A stretch of DNA of 64,000 nucleotides from Octopus vulgaris. Its lineage: Eukaryota. The stretch is from the NCBI GenBank assembly GCA_951406725.2, contig OX597825.1, positions 63,116,001 through 63,180,000 on the forward strand, given 5' to 3'. Every line of letters begins with the position of its first letter. The first letter of the stretch is position 1. Below, piece after piece: positions 37,241 through 50,692 of the stretch. The notes beneath the pieces are model-generated. The model was not told the origin of the DNA. It did no database searches and saw nothing but the letters and a program-made list of their open reading frames with translations. The position numbers and the translations under genes are program-made.

Positions 37241-38038
37241 ATTGCCACTTTCCATTTACTAAAGAAGAAAGACTTTAAGATTGAAATAGTTGGAAATACC
37301 CACTTCTGTTTGAAAGTATGAGAAAACCTACAAAAAGAAATAAAATAAAAAAAAAATTAAAAAAAAAAAAAAATGGAGACCAAAATAGAAATAGATAAGG
37401 GTTGAATACAATGAAGTCAAGAGTTATTTCTATAAAGCTTAGTTAATTCCCACAGCAATATATAATGCAAATTACACCTATTGAATCTGAAGAAACAATT
37501 ATCTAAAAATCTTTGAAATGTAAGAGGAGATATCATAGAAGGAGAGAAGAAGAAAAAAAGCTTCTCAGATGCAGAGCTCACAATACCAAATACAAGAAAT
37601 CCAGAACACAGCATGTAAGGATATCAACAATACAATGAACTCATTATCTATAAAACATACAGAATTTCCAATAAACCAAACGAACTCTATAGACATATAT
37701 CTACAAAGGGTTCCTCACCAAACACACATACACATGCATATATATATATACATATAATTTTACAAAAACACCCTAAGTAGATGCAAGTTTTAAAAAAAAA
37801 TGTGAATGTGCTAATAGTTTGGAAATGTTCATAGGAAAAAAAAAAAATAGAAAAGAATAGAAGTTGAAAAATTGAAATATACTTAAGACTAGGGAAAAAT
37901 GTAAACTTAAAGAAATGATAACAGAGAAAAATATTTATGCAAAAAAAAAAGACTTCAAGACGAAGGAATTCAATAAATTTTTCATCATTCAAAATATAAA
38001 ATCGATATAATCTATGTAAATCACACTTATATAATCTA

Positions 38039-38250
38039 TTTTCTACTTAAGGCACAAGGCCTGAAAATTTTGGGGAGGGGAGCAGTCGATTAGATCGACC
38101 CCCATATGCAACTGGTACTTAATTTATCCACCACGAAAGGATGAAAGGCAAAGTCGACCTCGGCGGAATTTGAACTCAGAACATAAAGACAGACGAAATA
38201 TCGCTGTGCATTTCGCTCGGTATGCTAATGTTTCTGCCAGCTCACCGCCT
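38039..38250 (-). mobile_element. SINE family B
   Basis: Full reverse copy. Confidence 0.9.
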
Positions 38251-38288
38251 TAGTCACACATATATAATGAAACAGTGAACATGAACAT

Positions 38289-38454
38289 GAGCGTAGGAGT
38301 GGCTGTGTGGTAAGTAGCTTGCTTACCAACCACAGGTTTCTGGGTTCAGTCCCACTGCGTGGGACCCTGGGTAAGTGTCTTCTACTACAGCTTCGGGCCG
38401 ACCAAAGCCTTGTGAGTGGATTTGGTAGACGGAAACTGAAAGAAGCCTGTTGTA

Positions 38455-38507
<53 letters not shown>

Positions 38508-38729
38508 ATATGTTTGTGTTGTGTGTCCATGTTTCTCCCCCCCAACATGGCTTGACAACCGATGCTGGTGTGTTTACGTCGCCGTAACTTAGCAGTTCAG
38601 CAAAAGAGACCGATAGAATAAGTACTAGGCTTACAAAGAATAAGTCCTGGGTTTGATTTGCTTGACAAAAGGCGGTGCTCCAGCATGGCCACAGTCAAAT
38701 GACTGAAACAAGTAAAAGTGTAAAAGAGT
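38289..38729 (+). mobile_element. SINE family A
   Basis: Full copy. Confidence 0.9.
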
Positions 38730-39075
38730 ATGATTTACAAATTGCATACAAATGGCTATGACAGAAACACATAAAGATCTAATGCTCTTATTCTGGAACC
38801 GATTTCATTAACTGTACAGCCCAGTGTTACTGCTTTGATAAAGTGCAGTTAGATAAAACTGTACCTAAATCAGTCATGGTACTAATGTCGACCTGTTTTC
38901 TGTGTGTGTCTATGTGTGTGTTCATGTAGGTGTGTATATGTGTGTTGTGCATGCATGTGTTTGTGTCGTGTGCTGTAGATTTGAATGATGACCAAATGCC
39001 AAGGTGACTAATGTAAGCCAGGAGAGGAAACTGGCTGTAATATGATGATGAGAGAGATAAGGAATTTTGTGTGTA

Positions 39076-39440
39076 TTCTTTTCTACTCTAGGAACAAGGC
39101 TCGAAATTTTGGGGGAGGGTGTACTTAATTTATCGACCCTGAAGGGATGAAAGGCAAAGTTGAACTTGACAGAATTCGAACTCAGACTTTGCAAGGAGGT
39201 GAGCTGGCAGAATCGTTAGCATGCTGGACGAAATACTTAGCAGTATTTCGCCCAACACTATGTTCTGAGTTCAAATTCCGTCAAGGTCGACTTTGCCTTT
39301 CATCCTTTTGGGGTCGATAAATTAAGTACCAGTTAAGCAATGGGTCGATGTAATTGACTTAATCCCTTTGTCTGACCTTGTTTGTCCCCTCTATGTTTAG
39401 CGCCTTGTGGGCACTAAAGAAATAAGAATTTGAACTCAGA
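39076..39440. mobile_element. SINE B (+, 39187-39424) inserted into SINE B (-) with 16-bp TSD
   Basis: TSD agaatt(c/t)gaactcaga at 39171-39186 and 39425-39440. Confidence 0.85.
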
Positions 39441-39679
39441 TTTCTGTATATATTGAAAGTCCAGTTATTTTAAGAGGAAGTCTTAGTTGATACTGTAGAT
39501 TGCAGCACTTGAGTGGAATTTTAAAGAGCCCCAAACTGATGAAAAATCAAAGCTAACCTGACCAGGATCTGAACTTAGCATATAATGAACAGAAACAAAA
39601 TCTGCAAGACATTGTGTTGGTTGTATCAACAATTCAAGTAATCCATGAGCATATAATAAATAATATTGAAGATGATAAA

Positions 39680-40085
39680 AATCTTTCTACTATAGGCATA
39701 AGACCAGCAATTTCAGGAGAAGATCAAGTTGATTGCATTAACCCTAGTGCTGAACTGGTACTTACTTTATTGACCCCGAAATGATGAAAGGCAAAGTTGA
39801 CCTCAGCAGAATTAGAATTCAGATTGTGATGTTAAACAAAATGACAGTTTTTTAATGTAGTGAGTCAGAAGAAATTGTGAAAGGCTTTTTGTGCTGCACT
39901 CTAATGATTTGGCCAAGCCACAAGGTCAGCAATTTTGAGGTGAGCAGGGATAGCTGCTACCATTGATTCCAGTACCTGAGTGATACTTAATCTTATTGAC
40001 TACACAAGGATGAAATATAAAGCTGGACCCCCAGTGAGAATTGAACTCAGAACATCAAGTCACTGAAGAAATACAGTAGGCATTC
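39680..40085 (-). mobile_element. two degenerate SINE family B copies
   Basis: gatgaaaggcaaagttgacctc and ggatgaaa..gaattgaactcagaac. Confidence 0.6.
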
Positions 40086-40779
40086 TCTTTTGCCAAAGCT
40101 GTAATGATTCAGCCAGCACTAAATAGTAATATCAGACAGAAAAAGAAAAAAACAAATGAGGAAGTAGAAGAGCAGGAGTAAACAAGGAAGGAGAAGGAGG
40201 AGGAGAAGAAAGACAAGGAGGAATAGAAGGAGGAGGAGGAGGAGGAGGAGAAGAAGAAGAAGAAGAAGAAGAAGAAGAAGAAGAAGAAGAAGAAGAAGAA
40301 GAAGAAGAAGAAGAGAAAGGAGAATGCTAATATCAATATTAATAACAATAACATTGATTTTGAGAAGTTAGTATGTATATATAAATATATACATATATAC
40401 ACAATAAATATTCCCTTCTCTCTATGTTGTTTGAATGTATTCATATGTTTTCTTGGGAAAACTCTCTCAAACTCTTTTAACAGAAACACCTATCTGCTTT
40501 AATGATCTTCACAGAACAGACATAACTTGACTTATCGGAATTTTCGTCAGCACTTTATATATTTCCACTAGCAAAAAGAACAATTTTTCGTCTAAATATT
40601 TGTGTATTTCCCCTCAACAGAAAGACAATAATATCTAGAACATGAAATTATATTTATTTCTAAGATAAACACAATAGTTTTATGGCTACAAAGATTTCTA
40701 TGTTATACGATAAAGACAGGAATTATGCATAGAATGGTATGTTTCATCTGTTTATTTTAGCTTAGCAATTTATCAGATA

Positions 40780-40794
40780 TACACAGATACATAC

Positions 40795-40859
<65 letters not shown>

Positions 40860-40860
40860 C

Positions 40861-40892
<32 letters not shown>

Positions 40893-41231
40893 GTATATAT
40901 ATGTATATATATATAATACATATGCATATGTATTTATATATTTATACGCATATACATTCAAATCTATGTATATTATATACACCATCAACACCACTTACTT
41001 ATTGCTTGTGTGCAAATGGTTCTGCGTAAACTTTGTTTTTGCCTATCTATTGTGTTCATGTCTTCTTAGTTTCTCTCTTTGACTCATTTCTGCCCTCTTT
41101 CTCTTACTATGTGTACGCACACACAAATACATGCATATATACATAAATATATATGTGTATGTGTGTGCGTGTGTATATATGTGTGTGCGTATGTATGTAT
41201 GTATGTATGTATGTATGTATGTATGTATATT

Positions 41232-41264
<33 letters not shown>

Positions 41265-41413
41265 TTATTTATATATATATATATATATAGATATATATGC
41301 CTATATATATGCATATATACATATATATGCATATATACACATATATATACATATATATATAGATAGATATATATGCATATATCTATATATACATATATAT
41401 ATATGTGTGTGTG

Positions 41414-41459
<46 letters not shown>

Positions 41460-41473
41460 ATATATATATGTAT

Positions 41474-41504
<31 letters not shown>

Positions 41505-41520
41505 CGCATATGTGCATGTG
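40780..41520. repeat. compound (TA)/(TG)/(CA) microsatellites
   Basis: Direct inspection. Confidence 0.95.
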
Positions 41521-42325
41521 TATTGTTTGGCAAATACTAATCCATCTGAGATTTATTGTGCTTCTTTCTCGTGTTCTTCAACTGATTGCTGCATGGAAAT
41601 ATTTCTTTTCATGTCTCCAAATATGTCATAAATGGAAACTCTAGCATCTTTAAATGCCTTGTGGATCATTGCCGATATTTTAGCAATTTGGAAGACGTAT
41701 TATATTCAGATAATCCTTTAATAAATTCACTTTATCTTGCTTGTAAATCATTCTATGTTAGTCATTCAATTTCAGATTTAATCTTTTATAGAATGGAAAT
41801 TGGTGTTAGAGTTTGTTTTTTGTTTTATGTATCTATTTTTATTTATATCGGTATTTATATAAAATTACACAAGGTCTAGTTGTTAGGGTGTTGGGATACT
41901 GATCATAAGACTGTGTGTTCAATTCTTGGAGTGGGTGGCATTTTTATTCTGAGTAAGGTACTTTCTCTTGTGTTGATTTATTTTAATCAGCTGCAAATGA
42001 ATACCAGCCTATTACTGATGCCGCATTCTCTCCCACTGCATCTCATGTTCTTGACATTCTACTGGTTTGAGGGCAGGGTGAGTGTGTAAACAATGCTTCA
42101 TGGATATTCATCATTATATCCATATTTCTATTAAGGAAAATTAAATTTATTTTTAAGATGATCCTTTCTTGTTTTTTTGCCAGGAAGGAAAGCAGTACCA
42201 TGACCCTTTAAAGGGCCTCCTATACTGGGGAGTGGCACAGAGAAAAGTTTTCTGAGAAACAATGACATGGCCTAAATGTTTGCAACAGAGTAGCCAATAA
42301 AATTACTCAAAATACCAAATTGAAG

Positions 42326-42761
42326 TACAGTTCTATATTTAAAAGATGAAGAATTATGTTCATTATTTACATTTGATGGATATTTGTCCTCATCTTGTTT
42401 GTTGTTAATACGTTTCAGCTGATATACACTCCAGCCTTCATCAGGTGTCTTGGGGAAATTTTGAACCTGGGTTCTCAAACCTAAAGTATTTTTCGATGTT
42501 GTTGTCATCGTCGTCATCGTCGTCGTTGTCGTCATCATCGTCGTCATCGTCGTCGTCATCATCGTCATCAACGTCGTCATCGTCGTCGTCAACATCATCA
42601 TCATCATCATCGTCGTCGTCATCGTTATCACCATCATCGTCGTCGTCATCTTCGTCATCGTCATCATTATCATCATCATCATCATTCAGGTCACTGCCTG
42701 GAATCAAACTCAGAATCTTGGGGTTAGTAGCCCATGCTCTTAACCACTATGCCATATGTCC
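42326..42761 (-). mobile_element. tRNA-headed SINE-like element with (GAY)n linker and hammerhead-bearing PLE-type tail
   Basis: Head 42689-42761 (A box TGGCATAGTGG, anticodon-like GGG CTACTAA CCC, B box GTTTGATTCC), (GAT/GAC)n at 42498-42685, then CTGATGA-A-GGCTGG agtgtata TCAGCT-GAAACGTA. Confidence 0.75.
42408..42450 (-). ncRNA. minimal hammerhead-like core
   Basis: Intact CUGAUGA and GAAA, 6-bp stem II (two G-U pairs), ACGT palindromic stem III. The stem I 3' strand is not evident in this copy. Confidence 0.55.
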
Positions 42762-43299
42762 GTATGTAAATGGAAGTGTTGTTAAACTAAGTGATGTGTT
42801 AATTCTACTTTCAAATAATCCTTTCTACTATAGGCACAAGGCCTGAAATTTGGTGAGGTGGGGAGCTATTCCACTACATTGTCTTGTGTACTCAGTTGGT
42901 CTCTATAGAGGATGGAACACAAAATTAACCTCAGCAGAATATGAACTTTGAAGATAAAGGCAGTCTGGTATACAACATTCTGTCATTTCGTTTCCTTTTA
43001 CCTCCCTGTAATTATGTATTCTATATGATACTAGAATAGGACTGAATTAAAGATAAGGAACTGGGTTTTATTTTCTTTTAGATAAAGTAAATCAGATAAT
43101 TCTTTACAATAATGATATAATTTGTGAAGATATATCTTGAATATTTCATTACTTTGGTTAAAAGATAAAAGTTTCAGAAACATAGTATGATCCAAAACCT
43201 GAGACTATATTTAGCATTTGAGACACAGAGTCTTCATGTGTCAGTATTACTACAAGTTAGTATAACTGTCAAACAAATTATTTCTATCAAAGAAGCTGA

Positions 43300-43654
43300 C
43301 CCAGTATTAAGATTATGGATAAAATGAGGACTGAGGACTTGATGGGGATGCTGGAGTTGGAGGAATCGGTGGAACAGCTGGCAAGGGTGAATGGTGTGCA
43401 GTGGTATGGACATGTGTTGAGGACCATGTTCTCAGGAGAGTCCTTGAGTCTAAAGTGAATGAACTGCAAAAGCAAGGTCAACCAAAGAAAACGTGGAGGG
43501 GGACAGGTAAAGGAGGAGTTTGGGAGGGTTGGTTTGAGGAAGGAGGACACCCAAAACCAGGCGAGATGGTGAGATGGTGTAAAAGCAGTTGCTGTAAGAG
43601 TGAGGTAGATCAGGCCATCTCCGGGGACAAACCCAGATTTAAAATATTGGAATG

Positions 43655-43685
<31 letters not shown>
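43300..43685 (+). mobile_element. RTE-clade LINE 3' end with (CAT)n tail
   Basis: TEDLMGMLELEESVEQLARVNGVQWYGHVLR..DHVLRRVLESKV..GQPKKTW..KEEFGRVGLRKEDTQNQARW. Confidence 0.88.
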
Positions 43686-43688
<3 letters not shown>

Positions 43689-44059
43689 TTGCTGAATATA
43701 TTAAGGATCTACAACACTAGATATAAACATAGTTATGCAGTTAAGGGGTTTGCTTTGGAATTGTATATTCTCAGGTTCAGTTTTTGCTACTTCTTGTGCA
43801 AATATCTTCAATGTTTTGAGAGTGAATGTGGTAAAGGGAAACAGCATTGAAGCCTTACATGTTCTTATTGGGATTATGTATGTGCGCATGCGTGCATGTG
43901 TATATATGTAAATATAATATGTAAATGTACATCCAAACAAGTACAACAAACACATATGCAATCCTAATAACAAGACGAAGAAAGAGTTTAACACATCTTT
44001 AATTATCAGTTACAATTATTTGTGTATCACTCTTTCTTTTTCATTGCACTTCGAAAAAT

Positions 44060-44665
44060 TCATGTGAAAAGCTAAGTAATATTTTCGGTTTTCTACATTA
44101 GAGAGGCACTTCATCAGACTTGCATCCAAAGCTGTACTCTTACATTATGGCGCACTCTTCTATCTCTACTATCTCTTCTCTGTCTATCTCTTGCCCTCTC
44201 TTGTTCTTCATCCTTTCTGGTTTTCTCTCCCACCCTTCTTTATTCTTCTCCTCTCCTCTTCACCGTTCCCTCTCTCTCACTCTTCCTCCTTGACTCTCTC
44301 GTCACTGACATGTGATGAAAGACAATCTATCTTTCTGCCTGTTTCCTTCCTAAAGACAACACGTGCTTATACCTGTCTCCTCTTGTAAGCTCGTCCTCCT
44401 AGCATTCATAATAATTTTTCTATCATCTTATCTTAACAGCCCTCACCATTTGTTTTCACTGTATTGTTCTCACTGTCCTGTTCTTGTTACCACTTTCACC
44501 TTCAGCAAAAAATCCCAAATTTTATTTAATTTGCTTTGCGGGAAGGACTGTTTGAACGAAGTCGCCTCATGTCCTTGCCTTCGAAATGTGGAGTAGATGA
44601 AAGAGAGACAACTGATGAAGGGGAATATTCTTTATGTTGCATGTCTTGTTTCTCTGTTTTTTTAC
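44060..44665. mobile_element. PLE-like composite: minus-strand hammerhead-like core plus plus-strand module related to 4130-4430
   Basis: Minus 44074-44121 AAGT-CTGATGA-AG..CC-GAAAATAT-T-ACTT; CT-rich spacer; plus-strand caactgatgaaggggaatattc. Confidence 0.5.
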
Positions 44666-44667
44666 AG

Positions 44668-44804
44668 GGCTTAGAAAAACTAAAGGAACACTGCAATGAC
44701 CGTATAGATCTGAGAGGCAAATATGTTGAATAAAACCATAATTAACTGATCTTCTCGTATTTACTTTTACTCAAAGCTAGGAACTTTTCAGCCCCCCCAT
44801 CATA
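44668..44804 (+). mobile_element. mariner transposon 3' end
   Basis: GLEKLKEHCNDRIDLRGKYVE* (mariner C-terminus G.YVE), followed by TIR-like gaacttttcagcccccccatcata. Confidence 0.75.
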
Positions 44805-44826
44805 CATGCTAAATGATTATGGATAC

Positions 44827-45044
44827 ACTTACTCTTTTACTTGTTTCAGTCATTTGACTGAGGCCATGCTGGAGCACCGCCTTTAATTGAGCAGATTGAC
44901 CCCAGGACTTATTCTTTGTAAGCCTAGTACTTATTCTATTGGTCCCTCTTGCCGAACTGCTAAGTTATGAAGATGCAAACACACCAGCATCAGTTGTCAA
45001 GAGATGTTGGAGGGACAAACACAGACACACAAACACATACACAC

Positions 45045-45088
<44 letters not shown>

Positions 45089-45251
45089 CATATATACGAC
45101 GGACTTCTTTCAGTTTCTGTCTACCAAATCCACTCACAAATCCACTTGGTCGGCCCGAGGTTATAGTAGAAGACACTTGCCCAAGGTGCCATGCAGTGTG
45201 AATGAACCCGGAACCATGTGGTTGGTAAGCAAGCTACTTACCACACAGCCA
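44827..45251 (-). mobile_element. SINE family A with 18-bp TSD
   Basis: TSD ctaaatgattatggatac at 44809-44826 and 45252-45269. Confidence 0.92.
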
Positions 45252-46240
45252 CTAAATGATTATGGATACGTCTTTATTCTTAATGCTCTTGTTCTATGGA
45301 TACATGAACTAAGTGGATGTATCCCAGTGTAACTATCATTCTTTTCCTCACACATTGTGTCTGTAATATATATAAAAGACAAGATACATCCAAAGGATGT
45401 GTTTAGTGTTATGTGTCACCACATCACTTTCATCTTTTATACCATTTCTACTATCTTTATTTGCCACCCTGTCTATTACACACAGTTACGACAAGATTAT
45501 GACTACCACAACATATGTGAATCATTAATAATAGGTTTTACTACAGAAAAATAATCTCTTTAGAAAAATTGATGTAACAAACATGGAAGAAATATTTTGA
45601 AGCAATGAGGAATGAACAATATTAACATATGGAGACATCTGACCATCACAAATTCTGTGAAGCAGTAAAATATTAAGTTAATGAGTTTTCTTAGTTTATT
45701 TCAATTCTTTCTTGGCATCTTATGAAATAAAAAGTTTCATTGCTATCGGTTTGTTAGTGTTTGTGTAGGTTGACTGATTTTCTAAAGTGAGAGACAACTG
45801 TTGTTATCTTCAAAGAATTTCTACCAAACTCCTGTTACTTTCACCACTGCAGTGACATTTATGCAACAGTTCAGTGAATAAAGCAAGAACATACACGAGT
45901 CTTGATATATTTTCTTGAAAATAAAATATATTACATATCTACTCTTGTCAGACTTTTCCTCGGTGACTGTTAACCATACCTGACCAAATAGACAAAGGAC
46001 ATGAAGAAAAGGGAATAATGAAAATAAAGCAAAAATGATTGGCTTGACATATGTATATATTTCCTGCTGTAATAATTTAATGTTCACTCTTTTATCACTA
46101 AATCAAAGGTTTCTTCTGAAATTTCTCCATTAGAGTTTACTGTAACAAACTCTCACAAAACTAGTATATTTTGATATTCAGTTATGTTTCCCACACTTTT
46201 ATTCAGTAATAACGCACTTACTCTGGTGTCTAATAAAACA

Positions 46241-46582
46241 TCTGAGACCTCCCTTCGGTCACGACACTGACCATGGGATTGCACTTAGAAAGTTACCCTC
46301 CCAGGCACAAGTCTGGGCAAGGTTGTTTGTGGAGGACCAGCAGTCGCCCATGCATACCAGCCTCCCCTCTCCATGCCACCGGTGTTATCCAAGGGAAAGG
46401 CAAAGGGGCCGATACAGCTTGGCATCTGTGACGTCGCAACTCATTTCTAAAGCTGAGTGAACTGGAGCAACGTGAAATAAAGTGTCTTGCTCAAGAACAC
46501 AACACACAACCCAGTCCAGGATTCGAGCTCACAACCTCACGATCGTAAGCTCCACGCTCTAACCACTGAGCCATGCACCTTC
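46241..46582 (-). mobile_element. tRNA-derived SINE family E
   Basis: Head tggctcagtggttagagcg..gctcgaatcc with CORE/V-like gtgttcttgagcaagacact; flanked by a tctaataaaacat duplication. Confidence 0.85.
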
Positions 46583-47447
46583 TAATAAAACATAATCCTG
46601 CATGAATAATACTACCCCTGATTTCTCTTTAACTTTTTGTGCACAGATGTTCTCCATAACCAAGTCAGATTTTTGCACTTAAATATGCACTGTGTCATTG
46701 AACAGAGAATTTGAAAGTATCCTTTCATAGAAATATGTTGATCTCGTATCTTTCTAAAGTCTAAAGCTGTAACTACTAGACACATCAATGAAAGTGTTTC
46801 CCTTAAACTCACTCCAAAAATGAACAAAATACAGCTAAATCATTTAAACTCATTGCAAATACTACATCTTATAATGACAAAGCTACAAATACAGGAACCC
46901 TATTCTTTAGGATTCAGTTTTGACAATGTTCCTTATATGTTTGGGCAATGGTCAAAATTATATATATATGTATGTGTGTGTGTGTGTGTATGCATGCATA
47001 CATATGTATGTATGTATATATGTATGCATGCATGCCTGCGTGTGTATGTATGTATTTATGTATGCATGCATATATGTATGTATGTATTATGTATTTGTGT
47101 ATATATGCATGCATGTGCATGCATGTATGTGTGTGTATGTGTAAATGTATATGGACTCTTCCGTTTTAAGTTATTTGAAATCTTCCTGTAATATAAGAAG
47201 CTGCTTTATTACAAAGATACAAAGCTCCATCATTACATGAAGATAACAAAAACAATGTCACATTTTAACCTTGAGGAAAGCCTTGTATATTTTTATTGTT
47301 CCACTTAAAGATTCTACTTGTAGTGCATGAGTTAATTAGCTGATTCCTTTTCTTGAAAAAATCCTACCTTATCTAGATTGTTACTGAGGCATTTACTCAC
47401 AAACCAAGTGCACCAATTATTATTGGTATAAATGTGAATTTATAATG

Positions 47448-47776
47448 TGTCGATGGCATGTGAACAAAACATTCGATCGAAGTCGTTGCCAGTGCTGCTG
47501 GACTGACTCCTGTGCAGGTGGCATATAAAAAAAACACCATTTTGAGCATGGCCATTGCTAGTACTGCCAGGCTGGCCCTTGTGCTGGTGGCACGTATAAG
47601 CACCCACTACACTCTCAGAGTGGTTAACGTTAGGAGGGGCGTCCAGCTGTAGAAACTCTGCCAGATCAGATTGGAGCCTGGTGCAGCCATCTGGTTCGCC
47701 AGTCCTCAGTCAAATCGTCCAACCCATGCTAGCATGGAAAGAGGACGTTAATTGATGATTATGATGATGATGATGA
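47448..47776 (+). mobile_element. family C copy (~2.5 monomers, (GAT)n tail)
   Basis: gtgctggtggcacgtataagcac..aacccatgctagcatggaaagaggacgttaa(tga)n. Confidence 0.85.
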
Positions 47777-48360
47777 AATACAGATTTTCTAAGAGATATT
47801 CACATTCGCAGGACAGCTAACCTCTGTGATGCTTTTCGTTTTCTGTACCAAACAGTAATGTCCAGTTTATTGTGTTTACACTTGACAGATGTCTTGACAG
47901 AAAATTTCCACTAATATTCTTTGTGGTGGCATTTGTGTATGTATTTAATAACTGGGGGATTCTCTATATTTATTCCAGGTCAGTCTTTTTCCAGAATGGC
48001 TTTGTTCATTGCTTTTGTGGCAATGTCGTGTCACATAGGGATGTAGTGCCTTGGTGACATTTTCTGGGAAGCTGCTAATCACATGTGTGATGTCTTCTAC
48101 AGAAATATGACATAATCTTTATTTATGGATGCATCTTGAAGTGCAAAGGGTTTTACTGTCTCTTTTGTTTATGAGGTATTTTGTAGCAACCTTGGATTGC
48201 AAATGCAAAGCTTTGGATATGTGGTGTGATGTAGCAGTCACAAATCCAAGAGAGGCTGTACTTCATGTTGATATTGCCATTGTCTTCAAGTCTTTAGGAA
48301 GCATATCCATTCATAATCTATTTTTAATGCGCTGAGCATTTCACATCTTGATCTTCTTAA

Positions 48361-48588
48361 CCCTTTCATTACCAACCAGGCTGAAACCGGCTCTGGCTCT
48401 GTAGTACAAATCTCTTGTTTTCATAAGTTTTGAATTAAAATCTTCCACCAAAGCTTAGTCATAATTAATGTTCCTAATACTAGCTTAATGATAGCTGAGT
48501 TATTTTACTACATTCTTTGGTTATATTTAAAGTAATTAAAAGAAACACAGAGCATGTCAAAAAAAAAAAACATACAGTAATGAAAGGG
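48361..48588. mobile_element. piggyBac-type MITE
   Basis: TTAA|CCCTTTC...GAAAGGG|TTAC. Confidence 0.85.
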
Positions 48589-49071
48589 TTACAGTATGTT
48601 AGTCCAACAGTTTTGGGGTTGTATCAAAAGTCATCGGGAAGAGAGCACTTCCTGAAGAGCTCTCTGCCAACACATTGGATATTGTTCTCTTTACTTTTCA
48701 GCACTAAGTTAATGTATTTATTCTTGCGGCTTGTTTAGCAAGTGCTTCTTGATAGAGACTCTTATGACGTTCAAAGGTTGATTGTACTTATCTCAAGCCT
48801 CTACTTTTTTCATATCTTCTTAGGCAGAGCCTGTCGACATCACTATTTCTGTGGAGATTTTTCAGCTGATATCAGGATCGTGCAAGTTTTAATTTCCATA
48901 GAGTGGATTTTCTTTCAGATCAGTCAAATATCCTAAATATTGGAATTAGCACTGGTACTGCAAAAACGTTGTAAAATATTGCCTTATTGTAAGAGGAGAG
49001 TTCTGACTGCTATATTTTTCTAAGTCTAGCATAATATTTTCAGGTCACTCTATCTTTATTCACAGAACGTT

Positions 49072-49496
49072 TGTAGGAGTGGCTGTGTGGTAAGTTGCTT
49101 GCTTACCAACCACATGGTTTTGGGTTCAGTCCCACTATGTGGTACCTTGGGTAAGTGTCTTCTACTATAGCCTCGGGCCGACCAAAGCCTTGTGAGTGGA
49201 TTTGGTAGATGGAAATTGAAAGAAGCCCGTCATATATATATATATATATATAAATATGTACGTGTGGGTATAGGTTTGTGTGTGTGTCTTTGTTTGTCCC
49301 CCAAAATCACTTGACAACTGATGCTGGTGCATTTACGTCCCCGTAACTTAGCAGTTCAGCCAAAGAGACCGATAGAATAAGTACTAGGCTTACAAAGAAT
49401 AAGTCCTGGGGTCGATTTGCTTGACTAAAGGCGGTGCTCCAGCATAGCCGCAGTCAAATGACTGAAACAAGTAAAAGAGAGAAAAGAGAAAGAGAA
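49072..49496 (+). mobile_element. SINE family A
   Basis: Full copy. Confidence 0.9.
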
Positions 49497-49928
49497 ATGG
49501 GATGTTTACATTGATGCCTATGTATATATGTATGTATATTTTAGCAATATTCCATATATGCTTTAGCAATGAACTGTATATGTTGTGATACAATGTTCTC
49601 TATATATGTTTTGGAACCTTCTATATATAAAAACATTATTCTATAGCTGAAAATATTTCACCTTTGTTCCTTTGCTGGCCATCTATTTTATAGCTCTTGT
49701 GCAGTATCACTTTGAGAGGATGTCAGTGATGTCATTTATTAGGTGACCTGTTACTATTGATAAAATACCAAGTTACAGAAAGCACAATTAGTATAATAAC
49801 TCTAGTTATGTAGTTGTGTAGTTGTTTAAATATGTGTAACAATGAATTGTTCAATAGATACATCAATAAAAGCAGTCACCCACTTTCAGGGACTCTTGAT
49901 TATACTTGATTCTGTAATATTTTTACAT

Positions 49929-50316
49929 ACAGGAGTGGCTATGTGGTAAGTAGCTTGCTTACCAACCACATGGCCCTGGGTTCAGTCCCACTGTGTGACA
50001 CCTTGGGCAAATGTCTTGTCTTCTACTATAGCCCCGGGCCGACCCAAGCCTTGTGAGTGGATTTGGTAGGCGGAAACTGAAAGAAGCCCGTCGTATATAT
50101 GTGTATGTGTGTTTGTGTGTGTGCATGTGTGTGTGTGTGTGTGTGTGCGTGTGTGTGTGTTTTTCACCCCAACATCGCTTGACAACCGATGCTAGTATGC
50201 TAGAATAAGTACTAGGCTTACAAAAAATATGTCCTTGGGTCGATTTGCACGACTAAAGGCAGTGCCCCAGCATGGCCACATTCACATGACTGAAGCAAGT
50301 AAAAGAGTAAAAGAGA
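49929..50316 (+). mobile_element. SINE family A (small internal deletion)
   Basis: Head, CORE-like block and tail. Confidence 0.9.
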
Positions 50317-50692
50317 ATATTGACTGTAAGCCCGAAGTTTGTAATTCATACAAGAGCAATGCAAAACTGGGCCAGGTCTGACCCGGAGATTAACAACATT
50401 TGCAACAAGAACAAAAACAACAACTGCCTTGCAGTGTTTTCTTTAGACTTAGGAGAACAGAAGAGTGAATTAGCCCAGGGCTGGATTCAAATTCAGAAGA
50501 ATTAGTACTGATTGCAATTCCAATTTGCATCATATCTAGTCTCTATGAGACTGTAGCTTCTTCAATCAGAAAAAGATTGGGTCGTGGGTGTTACAGTCTG
50601 TCCAAAGGTAAGTTGTTGTATGCAGCACAGGTAATGTGTTTAAAACTGAAATATAATTGCAATGAAAGTAAGTGTTAGAACGAGTTTTGTAA

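Larger units (their letters stand above)
47258..49750 (-). mobile_element. decayed R4/Dong-type LINE (RT thumb, CCHC, RLE C-terminus) interrupted by family C, a piggyBac MITE and SINE A
   Basis: QSELSSYNKAIFYNVFAVPVLIP..HRNSDVDRLCLRR; YKFTFIPIIIGALG; LQVESLSGTIKIYKAFLKVKM* (stop at 47258-47260). Confidence 0.8.

Noticed and set aside
37260-37375. Strong minus-strand splice acceptor at 37328
   Set aside because: The polypyrimidine tract is just an A-rich run; the downstream frame is short, with no convincing donor or homology.
46505-46582. tRNA genes (also the heads at 42689-42761 and of SINEs A and B)
   Set aside because: A/B boxes are present but acceptor stems are broken and SINE bodies follow; these are tRNA-derived heads, not tRNAs.
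50447-50607. Exon-like segment with AG acceptor and AAG|GTAAGT donor (similar case at 40621-40736)
   Set aside because: Stops in all three frames; a non-coding exon cannot be told from chance without RNA data.
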